DNA of 32,406 nt, taken from Promethearchaeota archaeon. Lineage in GTDB: Archaea > Asgardarchaeota > Lokiarchaeia > Sigyniarchaeales > SOKP01. The notes under the pieces are model-generated. The model did not search any database. It was not told the origin of the DNA and worked only from the letters and a program-made list of their open reading frames with translations. This document shows, in pieces, positions 28,477-32,406 of this stretch; the first letter of the stretch is position 1, and each line of letters begins with the position of its first letter. The translations under genes were made by a program, and so were the position numbers. The stretch spans positions 1-32,406 of the forward strand of contig JAEOTA010000037.1 in NCBI GenBank assembly GCA_016840085.1, given 5' to 3'.

Positions 28477-29712
28477 ATGGCTTTATCAAAACGCGAAAGA
28501 GTTATTAGAACATTTGAACTTCAAGAACCTGATATGTGTCCTGTGTATTTTTTAGGATTCGAACGATCGGCTACATCCTACCAAAATTTATTAGCAAAAG
28601 AGCATTTTAAAGAATTTTATATAAAAGGAAAAACCACTAAAGATAATTGGTTAAAATCTATTACACAATACAGATTTTTCAATTCTGACATTGCAAGTAT
28701 AGATCCCTTCCTTAAAGTAAAGCCTCTTTTTAGACGTTTCGATATGGAAGAGTTAAAAAGAACAAATAAATTGGTTGAGAGCATCAAAGAACCTTTTATA
28801 AATATAACCAGGATTCAAGACTTAAAACCAGGAACATTTTACTTCAATCCAATATCAGGGAGATTATGGGAAGTAAAACAACATGAAAAAACAGGGTTGC
28901 CTTATCCTTGGTATGTAAAAGCTTGCTATGAAACTGAAGAGATTATACGTGAAGTATGGGATTTATACGGAAAACCCCTCGATTTCATAAGCGATGAAAT
29001 AAATTGGAAACCAAGAGTATGGGAGAAGTATTGTGATGTATTATCACCCTATCTTTATCCAATGGCAAATATTTGGGGCTCTGCAATGCATGAATCTCTT
29101 CTTGAGGGTATAGGATTTGGTAGAGCTGCTTACTTTATGAGAAAAAAACCAGAATTTGTGCATGAATATATGAATGAACAGACTAAGTATAACGTTGAAG
29201 TTGTAAAAAGGCTTGCAGATGCGGGTGTAGATTGTGTGATGTATTGGGATGATTTAGGTCAAAAAGGTCGAAGTCTTTTATCTATTAAAAATTTCAAAGA
29301 ATTTGTACTTCCCTATTATCGAAAAATATTTCAAACGTGTAAAAAACGGGGGATATTTGTTTCTCAACATTCAGATGGTTATATCGATGAATTTGCACCT
29401 TTATTAGCTGATGCTGGTCTTGATTGCTTACAATCACTAGAACCAGCATCTGGAGTGAATTTGGCAGAACTAAAAGAGTCACTAAAGGATAAAATGTCTT
29501 TTATGGGCGGAATGGATTCTTCTAGAATTTTAAATTTTGGAACACCAAAAGATGTTGAGGAGGATGTTAAAAAGATAATTAGTATTGCTGCTCCAGGAGG
29601 GGGATATTTTGCTGGGCCAAGTCATCAAATACTAGATGCTCCAATAGAAAATGTATTAGCATTACGATCTTCAATTGAGAAATATAAAAAATATCCTTTA
29701 GACATTAATTAA
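28477..29712 (+). CDS. Uroporphyrinogen decarboxylase family protein (MtaA/CmuA-like methyltransferase)
   Basis: WDDLG, QHSDG, GGMD, APGGGYFAGPSH, PIEN; adjacent to a corrinoid protein gene. Confidence 0.85.
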   Translation: MALSKRERVIRTFELQEPDMCPVYFLGFERSATSYQNLLAKEHFKEFYIKGKTTKDNWLKSITQYRFFNSDIASIDPFLKVKPLFRRFDMEELKRTNKLVESIKEPFINITRIQDLKPGTFYFNPISGRLWEVKQHEKTGLPYPWYVKACYETEEIIREVWDLYGKPLDFISDEINWKPRVWEKYCDVLSPYLYPMANIWGSAMHESLLEGIGFGRAAYFMRKKPEFVHEYMNEQTKYNVEVVKRLADAGVDCVMYWDDLGQKGRSLLSIKNFKEFVLPYYRKIFQTCKKRGIFVSQHSDGYIDEFAPLLADAGLDCLQSLEPASGVNLAELKESLKDKMSFMGGMDSSRILNFGTPKDVEEDVKKIISIAAPGGGYFAGPSHQILDAPIENVLALRSSIEKYKKYPLDIN

Positions 29713-29738
29713 TATAGATCTATATAGGATGGTTTTAA

Positions 29739-30080
29739 ATGGTCCAAATTGTAAAATATAATAATAAACAACCCAAAATTAGATCACTATTTTGTGCTCC
29801 AAATGCAACGTTAATTGAAGAAGTTAATCTTGAAGAAAAAGCGTCAGTATGATTTGGTTCCATTTTAAGGGCGGATGCTGCCCCGATTTATGTAGGGAAA
29901 AGAACTCAGATTTTAGAATTAGCCTATATTAAATGTTCAGAAATTGGTGAAAATAGTCTTATTTCTCATAAAGCTTTAATTCATAAAGCAAAATTGGGTA
30001 ATAATATATTGATAGGAATGAATGCAGGAGTTTTCAATAATGCAGTAGTTGGTGATAATACCATAACATCGGCAGGATCT
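29739..30080 (+). pseudogene. Gamma-carbonic-anhydrase/hexapeptide-repeat protein, nonsense-mutated and truncated
   Basis: MVQIVKYNNKQPKI..APNATLI..ASV*FGSILRAD..IYVG..ISHKALIH..ILIGMNA; TGA at 29850 lies at the conserved Trp position. Confidence 0.8.
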
Positions 30081-30450
30081 TCAAGAATTTTACCTGAGTC
30101 AAAATACTTTCAGGAGTTAAGAGAAAATTCTGATGTTAAACACTTTCACGTAGCACCTGCAGTTTGGTTAGCCCAAAAGTGTGTAGATGCAGGAGTCGAT
30201 GGTATTGTTTGTACAGCTATTGAAGGTGGTAGTCATCAGTCCTATGAGAGAGAATCTACATTAGTATTACTTCAATAAATTAATAACTACTTTCCCGATT
30301 TACCAAAAATAGCCTGTGGGGGTTTTGCCACAGGAAAATCACTAGCATCAGTACTTGCGCTTGGTCAGGTGCAGTAGCTACAGGATCACGATTTATAGCA
30401 TCAAAACAAAGTGAATTTCATGTAAAATATAAAGCCTTAATACCTCCAGG
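30064..30450 (+). pseudogene. Nitronate monooxygenase / FabK-like internal fragment
   Basis: TSAGS..DAGVDGIV..EGGSH..STLVLLQ*I..IACGGFATGKSL..LALG/AGAVATGSRFIAS..EFH; stop at 30276 and frameshift ~30365. Confidence 0.8.
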
Positions 30451-30470
30451 AAAATTTTCCAGGAAAATTT
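30445..30470. repeat. 13-bp tandem duplication at a gene-fragment junction
   Basis: TCCAGGAAAATTT x2, containing the palindrome GGAAAATTTTCC (30449-30460). Confidence 0.85.
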
Positions 30471-30773
30471 GATTCACCTCATATGACTGGTGTAAATAAT
30501 TTCAAAGAGTATGCAAAACAGCAGAAAATGGCTTTTTGGTTAAGTCCTAATATCCAATCGACATTTATATTTGGTAATAGAGAAGATCTAGAAGAAGAAG
30601 TTAAGATGTTTGTAAGAGAAGTAGGAAATAACTATGGCGGCTTAGCTTTTTATACGTATCCTGGTGATCAGGTTTTAAAAGTCCCTAGAGAGAATCTTAT
30701 AGCTTATTTAGAAATTATGAAAAAGTGGGGTAATTATAATGAAGATGGAATTATTGATTGGTTAGCAATATAA
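30468..30773 (+). pseudogene. C-terminal fragment of a URO-D/methyltransferase family protein
   Basis: FDSPHMTGV..NIQSTFIFGNREDLEEEVK..GG..VPRENL matches the end of URO-D-family barrels; the N-terminal part is missing. Confidence 0.7.
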
Positions 30774-30862
30774 AATATTAATTAAATATTAAAGATTAAA
30801 TGCTTCTAAATAACTCACTATTTCTTTGAAATATTAAATCTAATTTGAATAATAATAATTTT

Positions 30863-31651
30863 TTAATGTATCTTATTTTCTGTACCTTTTTCCTTTCTTT
30901 TTTTTCTTTTTATTATAAGATATATTTCAAGACTAATAAGACTAGTTGATATTACTACAATTATAATTGTAGTTATTAGAACGTAATCTATCCCTACATT
31001 GTATTTTATTAATTCTAATTTCCATGCTAAAGAATTTTTATAAAAAAGCTGAAAAGATTTCAAGAAACCACGGTGATCAAATTCATAAATTAATGTATCA
31101 CTGAAGTTAACAGGAGTAAAATCAAAAATGATTTGTGTATATGTGGAATAAGTAATATTTTGATAAGTTAAGGGTATGCTTTGATTATAATTGTACAAAT
31201 ATTCATTAATATTTGTAGGAATAAATGTTGGTTCTCCAAAAACCCAATTCGGTCTTGTACCATTCCAAATGAATCCAGAAGATATAGAAGCTGGATTTTT
31301 ATACACAAATTTATACCATTGACCAGCATTTTTCCTAAAACTAACTCCTATATACCCATCAATTTGAATTCTCCAATATGTTTGATTCTCCAATATCTCT
31401 ATAATGATCCATTTTTCCTGACTCCCCTGACTTTTTTGAGATAAACCGCTATAACTATGAGGATCTTCATTTTCTAACTTTTCTAATAGATCTGAATCTA
31501 TATAACTATATTCATATATTAAATCAGAATTTAATTTAATACCTAATTTATAACTTCCATTTGCAATAGTATAAGGGATTAAAAAACAATATGAAAAGAA
31601 AAATATTAACACAAATTTTTTCAAGTTTTTACTTTTCAATAATAATACCAT
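30863..31651 (-). CDS. Exported protein with C-terminal membrane anchor (cell-surface protein)
   Basis: Signal-peptide-like N-terminus; several N-x-S/T sequons; C-terminal TM followed by KRKKRK. Confidence 0.72.
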   Translation of the reverse strand: MVLLLKSKNLKKFVLIFFFSYCFLIPYTIANGSYKLGIKLNSDLIYEYSYIDSDLLEKLENEDPHSYSGLSQKSQGSQEKWIIIEILENQTYWRIQIDGYIGVSFRKNAGQWYKFVYKNPASISSGFIWNGTRPNWVFGEPTFIPTNINEYLYNYNQSIPLTYQNITYSTYTQIIFDFTPVNFSDTLIYEFDHRGFLKSFQLFYKNSLAWKLELIKYNVGIDYVLITTIIIVVISTSLISLEIYLIIKRKKRKEKGTENKIH

Positions 31652-32029
31652 AAAACCTTATTTATTAATTATGATTAAATAAAAATATATTTAATATTAG
31701 TTTTTCTATAAATTCAAGTCCTAAAAATTAATCTTTTATTTAAAGATACTTTCTTCATTCATAATAATTTACAAAAATTAACTATAAATAAAACCAATAG
31801 TATAAATAGTGAATTATAAATGGTAATAGTAGGTGATTGGGGCTTTCAAAACAGATTAAATAGAATAATAATAGATACTTCATTGAGCAGTATAACAGGT
31901 AAAAAATAAAATTCTCTAAATTCCCCTATACTCATATAAAATTACTTTCTTATTAAAATAAAATTTAAAGGATTATTAATTATCAATTATAAATTAGGAA
32001 ATTAAATTAATAAAGAATAGTAGAATTAT

Positions 32030-32406
32030 ATGGATTTTGAAAAATTAACAGAGCTTATAATTGAATTAGAGGTAGATGATATTGCTGATGCCGTAAAAGA
32101 AGCATTAAATGAAGATAAAGACCCTTTTGATATATTGAATGCTTTAACAGAAGGTATGGATGAGGTAGGTCGTCTTTATGAAGAAAAAGAGTACTATTTA
32201 ACAGAACTTGTTCTTGCTGGAGAAACAATGAAAGAAGCTTTCAATGTTCTAAAACCAGCTTTAGCTGCTTCCGATAGAGCAGAAGATAAAGTAAAAATAA
32301 TTCTCGCTACTGTAAAAGGTGATAATCATGATATTGGAAAAAATATACTTGGTTCTTTATTACTAAGCTCTGGATTTGAACTTTATGATTTAGGTATGGA
32401 TGTCGA
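32030..32406 (+). CDS. Second corrinoid protein (partial, runs off the window)
   Basis: MDFEKLTELIIELEVDD..DEVGRLYEEKEYYLTELVLAGETMKEAF..ATVKGDNHDIGKN. Confidence 0.93.
   Translation, partial: MDFEKLTELIIELEVDDIADAVKEALNEDKDPFDILNALTEGMDEVGRLYEEKEYYLTELVLAGETMKEAFNVLKPALAASDRAEDKVKIILATVKGDNHDIGKNILGSLLLSSGFELYDLGMDV

Noticed and set aside
29850-29852. In-frame TGA as selenocysteine or reassigned Trp
   Set aside because: It sits at a Trp position in a gene with other lesions, and TGA acts as a normal stop elsewhere (e.g. 2621, 7809, 16275); simple TGG-to-TGA decay explains it
31700-32020. Possible small ORF or decayed membrane-protein gene
   Set aside because: Only frames of about 30 codons with stops, and no recognizable family
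1-32406. CRISPR array, tRNA or rRNA genes
   Set aside because: No regularly spaced repeats and no GC-rich structured RNA segments seen by eye

Overview
This is an AT-rich archaeal chromosomal segment, most consistent with an Asgard archaeon (Lokiarchaeia-like). The basis is an Sm-L37e pair, archaeal SepF, GAGGTGA Shine-Dalgarno motifs and eukaryotic-signature-type proteins (ubiquitin-like, roadblock/LC7, WD40, LRR). Metabolic genes include a sugar ABC operon, a Gfo/Idh/MocA oxidoreductase, nadA, a 2-hydroxyacyl-CoA dehydratase-type pair, a GH13 alpha-glucosidase, a nitroreductase and a corrinoid/URO-D-family methyltransferase cluster. There is also a complete ~1.8 kb IS with 17-bp terminal inverted repeats and several pseudogenes. 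The most notable observations are: (1) two genes that appear to start at ATC exactly 6 nt after GAGGTGA; (2) a ubiquitin-like precursor ending GG-I next to a tiny RhxxhE-coiled-coil/polyproline protein; (3) a membrane-anchored WD40 protein overlapping a nicotinamidase-fold protein whose catalytic triad is rewired, beside nadA; (4) a transposase split by two compensating slippery-site frameshifts and carrying a duplicated DNA-binding domain; (5) a three-gene collapse chimera. All family assignments come from motif recognition by eye; no database searches were run.
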